This document shows, piece by piece, positions 1 to 10,596 of a stretch of 64,000 nt of DNA (position 1 is its first letter; each line of letters opens with the position of its first letter). The stretch covers positions 448,001 through 512,000 of the forward strand of contig OZ244922.1 in assembly GCA_965221905.1 (NCBI GenBank). The letters run 5' to 3'. Under the pieces are notes generated by a model. The model saw nothing but the letters and a program-made list of their open reading frames with translations. It did not search any database and was not told the DNA's origin. The position numbers and the translations under genes were made by a program. This DNA comes from Chloroflexota bacterium. Its GTDB lineage: Bacteria; Chloroflexota; UBA11872; VXOZ01.

Positions 1-1181
1 TCTGAGCAAGTCGGGATATGCATCGGTTTATGGGTATGTGCGGGATTGTGGGGTGGTTTGAGGTGTGTCTTGGCATGTGGGAGGGGCTGTTTTGGCTTTG
101 ATGCGGTCCCGTTGGAAGCGCAATACGCTCCTGGCCGTGTTTTGGGCGCACTGCTCCCGTGTCATGTTGCCAACTGGCGTGCGGCCGTCATCACATTGGT
201 CAGCCCCAGCAGCAACGCCAGCCGTTGCCTGTTCTTGGACAGACCCCGGTAGCGCACCGTGGCGTAGCCGAAGTGCCGCTTCACCCACAGGAACGGATGC
301 TCTACTTTGGCCCTAACCGATGCTTTGCGCTGCTCTGCCAGCGCCGCCGCGCTCTCAGGCGCCAGTTTCCGCCGCAGCCCCGGCTTGAGCGCCACCTGCC
401 ACGCTACGGCGCGCCCCTGATGCTCCGGTCGCTTCTGCACCCCCACGTACCCGGCGTCTCCCCACACCTGCTGCTCTGCGCCGTGCAGCAACGCCGCCGC
501 TTGCGTTACGTCGTGCACGTTGGCCGATGTGGTGGTGAAGCTATGCACGAGCCCCGTCTGTGCGTCGACGCCGATGTGCAGCTTCATCCCAAAGTAATAC
601 TGGTTCCCCTTCTTCACCTGCCGCATCGCCGGGTCTCGCTCCCCCTCTCGGTTCTTCGTCGATGTCGGCGCCGCGATGATGGTCGCGTCCACTACCGTCC
701 CCGCTCGCAGCCGCAAGCCCCGACCTGCCAAATGCGCGTTGATCTCCGCCAACAACCCCTCTCCTAACCGGTGCTTCTCCAGCAAATGCCGAAAGTGCAG
801 AATAGTCGTCTCGTCCGGCAGCGCCTCTGACAGCCGCAGCCCCACGAACCGCCGCACCGGTTCTACCTCGTACAGCATGTCCTCCATCCCAGGATCGCTC
901 AGGTTGTAGAACAACTGCACGCAGTGTATCCGCAGCATTACCGACAAGGGATACGGCCGCCGCCCCCGCCCTGGCTTGGGATAGTACGGCGCAATGCGCG
1001 CCTCCATCTCCGCCCACGGGAGCAGCGCGTCCATCCGCTCCAAGAACTTCTCCCGGCGCGTCTTGCGCTTCTTCTGCGCGTACTCCAAGTCGGCAAACGT
1101 CGGTTGCTCCATTACCCAGCTCCTCACCGTATCCTGCTTTCTTGCTATGATACTATGCCAGGGACTTGTTCAGAGTTTTCC
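1..1181 (-). mobile_element. IS5-family insertion sequence (distal IR cut by window edge)
   Basis: IR near 1163-1181 (reverse complement GGAAAACTCTGAACAAGTC) matches window start TCTGAGCAAGTC at 11/12; followed by CTAG (1181-1184), the YTAR-type IS5 target; encloses the transposase. Confidence 0.9.
162..1112 (-). CDS. IS5 family DDE transposase
   Basis: MEQPTFADLEY..KTRREKFL, PDETTILHFRHLLE, VDATII, GMKLHIGVD, GDAGY, RAKVEHPF, VRYRGL motifs; ATG at 1112 preferred over ORF start 1127. Confidence 0.95.
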   Translation of the reverse strand: MEQPTFADLEYAQKKRKTRREKFLERMDALLPWAEMEARIAPYYPKPGRGRRPYPLSVMLRIHCVQLFYNLSDPGMEDMLYEVEPVRRFVGLRLSEALPDETTILHFRHLLEKHRLGEGLLAEINAHLAGRGLRLRAGTVVDATIIAAPTSTKNREGERDPAMRQVKKGNQYYFGMKLHIGVDAQTGLVHSFTTTSANVHDVTQAAALLHGAEQQVWGDAGYVGVQKRPEHQGRAVAWQVALKPGLRRKLAPESAAALAEQRKASVRAKVEHPFLWVKRHFGYATVRYRGLSKNRQRLALLLGLTNVMTAARQLAT

Positions 1182-1972
1182 TAGATAAAGCTCGAGAAGA
1201 GCGAAATGCAAACCTGTCAGCAGCAAGAGACCTGCTGGCTGGCATTGACGGTTTTCTTCTAGGTGCGCTTAACATTGACTCACCGCCCAAAGACTCACGC
1301 CGAGTCTTTGCGGTTCGTCATGAACAATCGCGTGACCAAGGGCGGCTTGACCCGGATTACTATCACCCGGAGCGAATGCTGACCTTAGATCGACTCAGCG
1401 CGGACTTTACGAAGATGACAGTCCTCTCCCTGGCAGAGGTAGCCAGTTTCGAGCGCAACCAAATCAGGACACCCATAGATAACTACCTTGGCCTTGCAAG
1501 CATTCAGAGCGACACAGGAGAAATCACTGATTCCATAGAAACCGCACGAGGTGCCTGTTTTATCTTTCGGCCAGATGATGTTCTATTTGCCCGTTTACGG
1601 CCGTATCTCAACAAAGTATATTGCGCAGAGGAGGATGGTTGTTGCTCGACTGAATTCCATGTCCTTAGGGTAAAGGACTTCAATTTGCTGCTTCCAGAAT
1701 ACTTGGCGGTTATCTTGCGTAGTCGACTTGTCCTCGCGCAGACCACTCACATGGTGACTGGTAACACACATCCTCGCCTTGCAAGCGAGGATGTGGCGAA
1801 TCTCAGAATTCCGGTTCCAAGCAGGGAAGTCCAAGCCTCAATCATTACAGAAGTCCGTCAACGCCGTGATTTGGCACGTCATAAAAGGGGTCAAGCTGAA
1901 GCAAGTTGGATGAATGCCAAATTGCAGTTCCAAGAGCAACTGTTAGATCCGGACATCTCTGCTGATGTCTAA
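1181..1972 (+). pseudogene. 3' fragment of restriction-modification specificity (HsdS-like) gene interrupted by IS5
   Basis: RLDPDYY, DVLFARLRPYLNKV, CSTEFHVL, GNTHPRL..NLRIPVP..Q motifs typical of TRD-containing S subunits; the reading frame begins inside the IS IR; lower GC. Confidence 0.8.
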
Positions 1973-2192
1973 ATTTCCACACTTCCTCACGGCTACACTT
2001 GAGACATTCTACGATCCGATTCTCCTGATCTGATTCCTGCACATTTCGTTGTTTGCCAAATAACGTATGGGCCTGATTTTGCTACTGTCCGGTTCAGTGG
2101 CAGCTAGTCTTGGATCCTTCCATAGTGTCAAAGTGCCCCAACCAAACTCTCTTCTTGCCCGCAGAGCGCCTCACATATAGGATAGTCCAGCA

Positions 2193-4385
2193 ATGACTCG
2201 AATCTTGGGGCCGGCGTTTCTTGTCGGCATCGTACTGGGGACTCTCTTGCCGCCGTTTCCGTTGGTGGTGCTTGCGCTCTTGCTGGTGAGCGGCCTCGGT
2301 TTGGCAGTCGCCGGTACCCGCACCATTGCGCTGGGCGCTCTGATCCTCGTTGCCGCTGCGCTGGGCATGAGTCGCTACCATGGCACGGCGACTGCAACTG
2401 CTGCCAATCCGTTGGAACCCTATCTCGAACAGACTGTCACCATCCGCGGCTGGGTGGCATCCGAGCCGCTGCGCTCAGACCGCAGCACCCGGGTGAAGTT
2501 TCGCGCGGAGGCCCTGCGGATAGGCGACACCTGGCAGCCGGTGTCCGGCCGGGTTTGGGTGACGCTATCTCCCAGGTTCCCGGCGCGCTACGGCATGGCG
2601 TGGGAGGTAGCCGGGCGGCTGGAAGCAGTGGAGAGCGTCAATAGTCCTGGGTACCAGCGCTACTTGGAGCGGTTGGGCATTCAGGCATTGCTGGCATTTC
2701 CGCGGGTGGAGTTTGTGCCGGGCGAACGCGGCCAGCCGATCTTGCGCGCGCTCTACGGGGTGAAGGAGTGGCTTCTCGCCACTATGGAAGAGATCCTGCC
2801 GCGTCCCCACGCGCCGTTGCTCCAGGGGATTCTGCTCGGCGCACGCGCGGGCATACCCGCCACGCTGCGGCAGGCGTTCGATCTCTCCGGCACAACGCAT
2901 CTCATCGCCATTTCCGGTTTCAACATGACCATCGTCGCCATCATGCTAGAGAGCATTACGCGCCGTCTCCTTGGCAGACGGGCACTCTGGCTGAGCATGG
3001 GCGGTGTAGTGCTCTATACGATCTTGGTCGGCGCGAACCCGGCGGTAGTGCGCGCCGCGATCATGGCAATTCTGCTGCTCTTCGCCGCCACATTGGGACG
3101 CGACCGCGACCCCTGGTCGGCGCTTTCTCTGGCAGCGGTAGCCATGACTGCCTGGGACCCAAGTATCCTGTGGGACGTGGGCTTTCAGCTTTCAGTGGCT
3201 GCAACAGCCGGGCTGCTCGTGCTATCGGAGCCGCTGCATAGTCGGCTGCGCTGGCTCCCGTCGCCGCTAGCGGCGATTGTCGCGCCCACGCTTGCCGCGC
3301 AGCTCTTTGTTCTTCCCTTGTTAATATACGTATTCGGTCGGGTGTCGCCGTTCTTTCTCGTGAGCAACATCCTGGCCCTGCCGCTCATTCCGTGGATCAT
3401 GCTCAGTGGCGCTGTGGCAACGGCAGTGGGCCTTGTCCACACCGCTACCGGTCAGGTCTTGGCATGGAGCGCCTACCTGCCTATGGAGGCCTTTATTCGC
3501 ATCGCGACGGAGGTCAGCCGCTGGCCGTCGTTTACTATTGCCGCAGGCGGGTTGCTTCCGGCCCTGCTCGCCACGGTGCTGACGGTGCTGATAGTGGTCT
3601 GGACGAGCCGCAGGGTGCAGCGACCCGCTGGGCCCCGCCGCATCGGGAGTGTTCCTATTTCCTGGACCACAATCTTCAGTCTCGGCACGGTTGGCAGCAT
3701 CCTGCTCGTAATGTGGGGCAGCATGGCGGCGGAGCTGGGCCGTCAACCCAGCGTGACATTGCTCGAACGTTCCCTGGGCAGCGCCGTCCTCATCGAGACC
3801 CCGCACCGTCAGCCGCTGCTCATCGGCTATCGTGAGCCGCCCAGCCGCTATGACTTGGACCGCTTGCTGCCCATCTGGCAGCGCAACCGCGCGCTCTGGA
3901 TCGGCGGTAGCGGGACGTTGCCGCCTCGGGATACCATCTCGAGCGCCTTGCTGCATGAAGGGGAACAGTGGGTATTGCAATCACCGGCCGCGAAAGACCG
4001 TTTGCCTTTTGGAGATCAGTATCGCATCGCGCTAAGCACTACAGACGATGTTCAAATCAATGCCGGAAGCGCACCGGAGACGAAGCTTGTCCGATTTGGC
4101 AGCCAGCAACTTGCTATCATACAAGCAAATGCAACCGTACAGCATATGCAGCCGGTTGAAGTGCTCATCGTGCAAGGCGCAATCACGCCGGCCCGGCTGG
4201 CGCACTTCATAGCAACGTTGCAGCCGCGCTTGCTATTGTTGGATGAACCGTGGCTGGATGAAAGTGACGCCCAGTGGAGGGCACGGGGAATTAAGGTTGT
4301 CCGGCCTCCAACTCGCGGCTACGTGACGCTCCGATGGGATGGCGTGACGTGGCTGATAGAACCGTCTGAAAGGGAAGAGCTATGA
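2193..4385 (+). CDS. comEC: ComEC/Rec2 family DNA uptake membrane protein
   Basis: OB-like N-domain, GTTHLIAISGFN, VVRAAIMA, DVGFQLSVAAT competence-domain motifs; many TM helices. Confidence 0.9.
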   Translation: MTRILGPAFLVGIVLGTLLPPFPLVVLALLLVSGLGLAVAGTRTIALGALILVAAALGMSRYHGTATATAANPLEPYLEQTVTIRGWVASEPLRSDRSTRVKFRAEALRIGDTWQPVSGRVWVTLSPRFPARYGMAWEVAGRLEAVESVNSPGYQRYLERLGIQALLAFPRVEFVPGERGQPILRALYGVKEWLLATMEEILPRPHAPLLQGILLGARAGIPATLRQAFDLSGTTHLIAISGFNMTIVAIMLESITRRLLGRRALWLSMGGVVLYTILVGANPAVVRAAIMAILLLFAATLGRDRDPWSALSLAAVAMTAWDPSILWDVGFQLSVAATAGLLVLSEPLHSRLRWLPSPLAAIVAPTLAAQLFVLPLLIYVFGRVSPFFLVSNILALPLIPWIMLSGAVATAVGLVHTATGQVLAWSAYLPMEAFIRIATEVSRWPSFTIAAGGLLPALLATVLTVLIVVWTSRRVQRPAGPRRIGSVPISWTTIFSLGTVGSILLVMWGSMAAELGRQPSVTLLERSLGSAVLIETPHRQPLLIGYREPPSRYDLDRLLPIWQRNRALWIGGSGTLPPRDTISSALLHEGEQWVLQSPAAKDRLPFGDQYRIALSTTDDVQINAGSAPETKLVRFGSQQLAIIQANATVQHMQPVEVLIVQGAITPARLAHFIATLQPRLLLLDEPWLDESDAQWRARGIKVVRPPTRGYVTLRWDGVTWLIEPSEREEL

Positions 4386-5206
4386 TTCGAAAGCTAGCAG
4401 TCGTCGGTGGCGGGGCGATGGGCGAGGCGCTCTTGGCTGCCGCAATCGCCCAAGACGTGTGCCGTGCGGACGCGATTGCGGTCGGTGAGCCCATGGCGAG
4501 TCGCCGCGCGCATCTCGCAGAAACACACGGCGTCAACGTGGACGAAGATAATGCCGCGGTAGTGGCGGGAGCCGATGTCGCCATTCTCGCCGTGAAACCG
4601 CAGCAGATCAAGGAAGCGCTGCCACCGCTGCGGGATGCGCTATCGCAGGATGCGCTCGCGGTCTCCATTATGGCGGGCGTTCCACTGGACACGATCACGT
4701 CGCTCTTGGAACACCGGCGCAGCGTGCGCGCCATGCCCAGCATTCTGGCGACGATTGGGGAAGCCGCAACGGTGTGGACGGCTACTGCCGACACAACACC
4801 GGAGCAACATGCCCAAGCGCAGGCGCTCTTTCGAGCTGCGGGTCTGGAGCTGTTCGTACCGGACGAGCATTATCTGGACATGGCGACCGCCGTAAACGGT
4901 AGCGGCCCGGGATTCGTCTTTCTGCTAATCGAAGCCCTCATTGACGGCGCAGTGCGTGTCGGCCTACCCAGGGAAACGGCTGCGGCGCTCATCGTGCAGA
5001 CGGTAAAAGGGTCAGCGCTGATGGCGCAGAACGAAGAGAGACACCTTGCCGAACTCCGCAATCTGGTCACTTCTCCGGGTGGCACCACGGCTGAGGGCCT
5101 GCAGGCTTTGGAGCAAGGCGGCGTGCGCGCGGCGTTGCAAGATGCAGTCATGGCGGCGTACCGCCGCTCCCAGGAACTCGCCGCGCCGGATTCAGACAAG
5201 CACTGA
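4382..5206 (+). CDS. proC: Pyrroline-5-carboxylate reductase
   Basis: GGGAMG, LAVKPQ, RAMP, GSGPGF, VTSPGGTT. Confidence 0.97.
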   Translation: MIRKLAVVGGGAMGEALLAAAIAQDVCRADAIAVGEPMASRRAHLAETHGVNVDEDNAAVVAGADVAILAVKPQQIKEALPPLRDALSQDALAVSIMAGVPLDTITSLLEHRRSVRAMPSILATIGEAATVWTATADTTPEQHAQAQALFRAAGLELFVPDEHYLDMATAVNGSGPGFVFLLIEALIDGAVRVGLPRETAAALIVQTVKGSALMAQNEERHLAELRNLVTSPGGTTAEGLQALEQGGVRAALQDAVMAAYRRSQELAAPDSDKH

Positions 5207-5235
5207 GCGGTTTGGACAACGCCTCAACTCTTCTT

Positions 5236-5338
5236 CATTGGGAAAGCAGGAGACGGTGCCCCACTGAGAAAGCATGGGCAGCACCCCACTGGGAAAGCAC
5301 GGGACGGCGCCCCACTGGGAAAGCACGGGACGGTGCCG
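5236..5338. repeat. Four tandem 25-26 bp repeats (consensus CACTGGGAAAGCACGGGACGGYGCCC)
   Basis: Units start at 5236, 5262, 5287 and 5313, with no spacers. Confidence 0.9.
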
Positions 5339-5341
5339 CAA

Positions 5342-5374
5342 CCGTTCGTGCTGAGCCTGTCGAAGTACCAACGG
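5342..5374 (-). repeat. REP-like hairpin family A (33 bp)
   Basis: CCGTTCGTGCTGAGCCTGTCGAAGTACCAACGG; same family as the copies flanking the GIY-YIG gene. Confidence 0.9.
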
Positions 5375-5444
5375 TTGACGCAAGGCGCGTTCGGCAGAGA
5401 AGAGTCACAAAACCATTCCAGTCTTCCTGTCGTGCCCGCATTTC

Positions 5445-6500
5445 CTACAGCCAGCGCCTTAGCCAGTCCACCGCCAGCGTACCGTGCCACTGGTGTTCGC
5501 CTTCAAAGACGTCAAGCGCCAGCCGATCCCGCGCATCGAGCAGCGCGTAGACCTTCGCGAGCTTCTCATGCGCATCGTGCACACCGGGGAGCGGGAAGAT
5601 CGGGTCTTCCGTGCCCGCTTCGATGAGCAGCGGACGGGGGGCGATGAGCGCACCGACGTCGGCCATCTCCGCGTGCTGCAGAATGCCTGGGATGTAGTTG
5701 TCCTCGCAGTGGCGCATCGCCATGATCGACCACTGCCACGTGCAGAAGTAACCGCTTATGACCGCCGTTGTGATGCGGGCATCCATCGCCGTGGCGAAGG
5801 TCGTTACCGTGCCGCCGCCGGAAAGGCCCACGCATGCCAGCGTTTCGAGGTTGGCAAGACCGGTTTGGCCGGTATATTGCTCCGCATAGTCGATTACGCG
5901 CATGACGTCCCACACGCGCATGCCAACCATGGTGCGGCCGAGCATTAGCGCATTCATGCTCGCCTGGCGGCATGAGGATTGGCCCGGCGACTGCGCCACG
6001 TCCTCCATTTCGCGGCGTTCGCCGAACGCGCGCTGCTCCGGCGCAAGCACGAGAAAGCCCTGCTGGGCAAGCTGGCGGCCGTAGTCATGGTTGCAGTTTC
6101 TGATGTGCGCCGCTACGTGCTCGTCCTGCGGCTCGCCGATGACCTCCTGCACGCCGGACCCGTGACCGTGCAGCGCAATCACGGCGGGATAGGGTGCTTG
6201 CCCCGTTTGCGGCGTTAGCACATAGAAAGGCAGGCGGACGCCGGGCTCACTCGTTATTTCGACCTTCTGCTGGAGGTAGCCATCTTTCTCAACAGTAGCG
6301 AGCACCTGCGGCGCGAGATCACCCCGCGGCCAGTTGAAGCCGCCAAGCAGTGTCGCCACCTTGGCTCGTAGCGCAGCTTGCCATTGCGTGAAACCCGCCT
6401 GCCCAATGGCAGCGTAGTCGTGTGTGGGAACGGTTTGGTCGTATACTTGGCGCACGTGCGTTAGAGGCGCATACTGTGCGGGTGTGGTCGATTCGGACAT
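5445..6500 (-). CDS. Alpha/beta hydrolase (dienelactone hydrolase / acetylxylan-esterase-like)
   Basis: ALHGHG, GLSGGG nucleophile elbow, APRPLLIEAGTEDPIF, C-terminal GEH; ATG at 6500 (MSESTT) preferred. Confidence 0.85.
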   Translation of the reverse strand: MSESTTPAQYAPLTHVRQVYDQTVPTHDYAAIGQAGFTQWQAALRAKVATLLGGFNWPRGDLAPQVLATVEKDGYLQQKVEITSEPGVRLPFYVLTPQTGQAPYPAVIALHGHGSGVQEVIGEPQDEHVAAHIRNCNHDYGRQLAQQGFLVLAPEQRAFGERREMEDVAQSPGQSSCRQASMNALMLGRTMVGMRVWDVMRVIDYAEQYTGQTGLANLETLACVGLSGGGTVTTFATAMDARITTAVISGYFCTWQWSIMAMRHCEDNYIPGILQHAEMADVGALIAPRPLLIEAGTEDPIFPLPGVHDAHEKLAKVYALLDARDRLALDVFEGEHQWHGTLAVDWLRRWL

Positions 6501-6702
6501 GCCGTTGTCTCCAGATAGCTTCTTCGCGATTGTGTTTGGGTTGGCAGCAGTATTTCGCAGTATTATACTTGAACAATGGTGATTGATATTATTGTAGCTC
6601 GTGATGGCAATAGTTGTAGTCACGAGAAAAGAGCGTAAAGATCACGAGTTCGGGAAAATGTAACAACGATTCGCTACCAATTCACGCTAGGTAGTCTTCC
6701 TG

Positions 6703-7863
6703 ATGAGCGACCTGATCTATCTCGACCATGCCGCCACCACGCCGGTTGACCCGGCAGCACTGGACGCTATGCTGCCGTTTCTCACCGAGCAGTGGGGCAA
6801 TCCGTCCGGCATCTACAGTATCGCGCGCCGTGCCAAGCAGGCGTTGGAAGAGGCGCGGGAGGATATTGCCGACGTTTTCTTATGCAGTCCTAACGAGATC
6901 GTCTTCACGGGCAGCGGCAGCGAGGGGGCAAACCTCGCCCTGAAAGGCGCGGCGTATGCCCGGCGCGATGAAGGCATGCACATCATCACTACCCAGATCG
7001 AACACCATGCGGTGTTGCACACGTGCCATCGGCTTGAGCAGGAAGGGTTCGAGGTCACGTATCTGCCGGTAGACGAATTCGGTAGCGTAGACTTGGATGC
7101 CCTGCGCGCTGCGGTTCGTCCGGACACTATCCTGCTCAGTATTATGCTTGCCAACAACGAGGTCGGCACAGTTCAACCGCTGCAAGAAGCCGTGGCTCTG
7201 GCCCGGGAACAGAATGCGGACATCATAGTACACACCGACGCGGTGCAAGCCGCCGGATGCATGGAATTGGACGTGGAAGAGCTGGACATAGACCTCATGT
7301 CTATTGCCGCACATAAGTTCTATGGGCCCAAAGGCATTGGCGCGCTCTACATGCGCCGCGGCACACCGCTCATCCCCTTGGTCCAGGGCGGCGGACAGGA
7401 GCGCAACCGGCGCTCCGGCACGGAGAACGTGCCCTACGTCATCGGCATGGCGAAAGCACTCACGCTGTCCCAAACGGACCGCGACGAACGGAGCGCACAT
7501 TGCCAAGCGTTGCGCGACCGCTTAACTGACGGCATCTGCGAGCGGATCGAGATTGCCGAACGCACCGGTCATCCGACCCAGCGGCTGCCGCATGTCGCCA
7601 GCGTCACGTTTGCCAACATTGAAGGCGAGAGCATTCTTCTCAACCTCGATTTACATGACATATGCGCCTCCGCCGGTTCAGCCTGCTCCGCCACCTCGCT
7701 GGAGCCCTCGCACGTGCTGCAAGCAATGGGCATTCCGCCGCACCGGGCCCGGGGCGCGTTGCGCCTGAGCGTCGGTTACGGAAACACGGCGGAAGAGATC
7801 GAGCGCGTGCTGGAGCTATTGCCCGGCATTGTCAACCAATTCCGTGCCTTGGCCGCCGTCTAG
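6703..7863 (+). CDS. iscS: Cysteine desulfurase IscS/NifS type
   Basis: IYLDHAATTP, HTDAVQ, AHKFYGPKG, SAGSAC. Confidence 0.93.
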   Translation: MSDLIYLDHAATTPVDPAALDAMLPFLTEQWGNPSGIYSIARRAKQALEEAREDIADVFLCSPNEIVFTGSGSEGANLALKGAAYARRDEGMHIITTQIEHHAVLHTCHRLEQEGFEVTYLPVDEFGSVDLDALRAAVRPDTILLSIMLANNEVGTVQPLQEAVALAREQNADIIVHTDAVQAAGCMELDVEELDIDLMSIAAHKFYGPKGIGALYMRRGTPLIPLVQGGGQERNRRSGTENVPYVIGMAKALTLSQTDRDERSAHCQALRDRLTDGICERIEIAERTGHPTQRLPHVASVTFANIEGESILLNLDLHDICASAGSACSATSLEPSHVLQAMGIPPHRARGALRLSVGYGNTAEEIERVLELLPGIVNQFRALAAV

Positions 7864-8202
7864 GCCCTCGGCAGCCTTTCCGGCTGCGCATACACGCAGT
7901 CGCCCGTGGTTTAGGGTGGCGCGTCCCAAATTGTGTTCAACATTGGTTCTATCTCTACGCGCAGTCAAGTGTGTCGGCCACTCCACCAAAGACCTTCGCC
8001 GCCATCCAGCTAGCTTCCAGCCCGCATACCTTTGCGCTACTGGCACACCGGTCTTTGCCTTGACCCCTTCAACCGCGGTGCCGTATCATTGCTTCGCTCA
8101 CAAAGCTTTAGCTTTTGTGAACATTTCTACCATGGCGAGAGTCCTGCGCGGAAATCACAGTCAGACTTCGATGAGTAGCACGCAGCGAAAGAGCGGTTAG
8201 GC

Positions 8203-10596
8203 GTGAACCGGATTCTGCCTGCATATCGCATAGCCGCCGCCGTAGTGGCGTGGATTGTGCTGTTTACCGCGTTGCCCGGTCAGGTTGCGGCGGCAACTCC
8301 CGCCCAGAGTTCCGAAACGAAAACCTGGCAGTGGGCAGACTGCAAGGCACCGTTGAACCCAGCAAGCGTCGCGGATGAGAGCTTCGGTGTGAACGAGTCA
8401 TTCCGCGCTACTGAGATTGCCAAAAACCTCGGTGCAAAGTGGTCGCGCTTTGTTTTCGAGTGGAGCCAGGTTGAGGAAGAAGAGGGCAACTATCAGAAGC
8501 TCACGCATCAATTCTATCTTGGCCCCGGCACCCTAGACCGCGAACTTGCTAACGGCCTCAACATTTACGGTCTTCTAAAGAATACGCCTCCGTTTGCCCA
8601 ACTCAATCCCGCTGACGGTGTGCGCAGCAAGCCGGACCTTGCAAAGTGGGGACACTTCGTTAGGGTAATCGTCGGCCACTACAAAGACAAGATCGATCAT
8701 TGGGCAATCTGGAATGAGGTCGAGATTTCGCCCGGGGGCGCGAACGCTATCTACAATACGTTTGTAGGCACTGCGGCCGAATACAAGGAAGTGCTAAAGG
8801 TAGCCTACCAGGTAGCCAAATTCGCTAATCCCAATGCCAAGATCATTCTCGCGCCCTATAGTTACCATCACGACTTGCATGAGGGCGGCGAACAGTCTCT
8901 CCCATGGTTAGAAGAGCTTTTTGCTGCCCTCGCCGCCGATCCGGAAGCAGCGGCGAACAACTACTACTTCGACATCTTTGCTATGAATATCTACCGCAAT
9001 CCGCATGATCTCTACGATAGATACGCCGGCAACATTCCGTGGTCGGTGCGTCCGCCTGATCGAACAAGCGTAAGGGACAAGCTCGCTGCCGCGGGCATTG
9101 ACCCCAATCGCTTCGAATGGTGGATAACGGAAACAGCCTGCGTGTCATACGATGACACGCAGGCTGTTGGATGGGATGCCGCGGCCAGGAACGATGGTTT
9201 CCGGATCACGATGCAAGAGCAGGCGGCGGCCTTGGTTCAAGCGTATGCGCTTGCGTTTGCCGCGGGCTGGGATACGGTCTTCTGGCACGCCATGAGCGAT
9301 GACCCGCCCCCACCCCCCGATGAGCTTTGGGGATTGGCGCGCTTTCACAATGATCTCGTCAATGCGGACACAGGCCGCCTGCGGCCCGCTGCTTGCGCCT
9401 ATCGCATGGCGGCACGATACATGTCCCACGCTTCAAATATTCGGCTGCACACGCTAGACCGTCCCAATCAGACGATTGATCCGGACGGCACCTTTAATCC
9501 GAATCCCCGCCAATATGCTCCACGCTTCGAGTGGCACGTGCAGCAGGTGACTTTCGATCGCGGTATCGAACGCACCTTTGTGCTGTGGAATTCCGGTTCT
9601 GATGACGTTTGGGTTGCAGTGCAGCGTAGCGCGGGGACCGCTCGGTTACTTGACATGTATGGTAACGAGCTCACCTTGCAGCAGACCGGCAATGACTGGC
9701 TGCTAAACTTGGGGAAAGCCAGCCGTCACTTTTCGCTTTTCGGTGGAGATCCGGCCGACTATTTCTTTGTGGGTGGCTCACCGGTATTCTTGATTGAGTA
9801 CAACCCAACGAGCGCTGAACCGGTCGCCCCAAGGCTGGCTGTCGACACCGGCATTGCCGTAGCCGTCTCTGCCCCGGCCTCGGAAGCTGACATCATCGGT
9901 CAAGTTGAAGACTACGGGATTGCCGGCGGCCACTTCTATACACAGGCGCGCGGTGATCGCCCTATATCCTTTGGATACTCTATCGTGGATGACACGCTGT
10001 GCCCGTGCTATACGCAATTCATTGCGTTGGGCGGCGTGGCGGCGCTGGGCTACCCCGCTTCGCAACCATACCAGGAAGGTCCGTTCGTCTACCAAGCGAC
10101 CCAGGGCGTCTTGTTGCAATGGGATCCCGCCGCAGGCCGCATGAATATTGCCAATGTCTTTGACATCCTTTCGGCAAACGGCTTTGATGATCATTTGGAG
10201 GTAAAGAAGCAGATCCCGCCCAGCTTTGACTGGTCGAGCGATGACGGCAGGCCGTTCGAGGGATCCGGCGGCATCGTTGAGAACCACTTCAACGTAGTCT
10301 TCAATGCGCAGTCTGACGATAGTGAGGCTATGAGCGCCGCCCGCCAGGCATTGCGCACAACCTACCTGACGAATCCAAATTGGCTCCTGCACTATGGCTT
10401 GCCGATGGGTATCAAGGAATTTGGCAACGTGGTTGTTGTCCGCGGGCAGCGGGCCGCTTTCCAGTACTGGAAAGAAGACGTGCCGTGGGCCTCCGAGGGT
10501 CAAGTGACCAAGGTGCTTGGCGGTGACGTTTATAAAGAATCCGGTCTCATTCCGGATTCTGCTGTGGTTCCGATAACTGCGCCTGAGTCTCCGTAG
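8203..10596 (+). CDS. Secreted clan GH-A-like glycoside hydrolase with C-terminal Chloroflexi-type accessory module
   Basis: Signal peptide; WAIWNE (acid/base) and WWITE (nucleophile) motifs; C-terminal LGGVAALGYP..LQWDP and YGLP..QRAAFQYW..VPWA segments. Confidence 0.7.
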   Translation: MNRILPAYRIAAAVVAWIVLFTALPGQVAAATPAQSSETKTWQWADCKAPLNPASVADESFGVNESFRATEIAKNLGAKWSRFVFEWSQVEEEEGNYQKLTHQFYLGPGTLDRELANGLNIYGLLKNTPPFAQLNPADGVRSKPDLAKWGHFVRVIVGHYKDKIDHWAIWNEVEISPGGANAIYNTFVGTAAEYKEVLKVAYQVAKFANPNAKIILAPYSYHHDLHEGGEQSLPWLEELFAALAADPEAAANNYYFDIFAMNIYRNPHDLYDRYAGNIPWSVRPPDRTSVRDKLAAAGIDPNRFEWWITETACVSYDDTQAVGWDAAARNDGFRITMQEQAAALVQAYALAFAAGWDTVFWHAMSDDPPPPPDELWGLARFHNDLVNADTGRLRPAACAYRMAARYMSHASNIRLHTLDRPNQTIDPDGTFNPNPRQYAPRFEWHVQQVTFDRGIERTFVLWNSGSDDVWVAVQRSAGTARLLDMYGNELTLQQTGNDWLLNLGKASRHFSLFGGDPADYFFVGGSPVFLIEYNPTSAEPVAPRLAVDTGIAVAVSAPASEADIIGQVEDYGIAGGHFYTQARGDRPISFGYSIVDDTLCPCYTQFIALGGVAALGYPASQPYQEGPFVYQATQGVLLQWDPAAGRMNIANVFDILSANGFDDHLEVKKQIPPSFDWSSDDGRPFEGSGGIVENHFNVVFNAQSDDSEAMSAARQALRTTYLTNPNWLLHYGLPMGIKEFGNVVVVRGQRAAFQYWKEDVPWASEGQVTKVLGGDVYKESGLIPDSAVVPITAPESP

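Noticed and set aside
5236-5338. Possible mini CRISPR array
   Set aside because: Units are contiguous with no unique spacers, and there are no cas genes in the window
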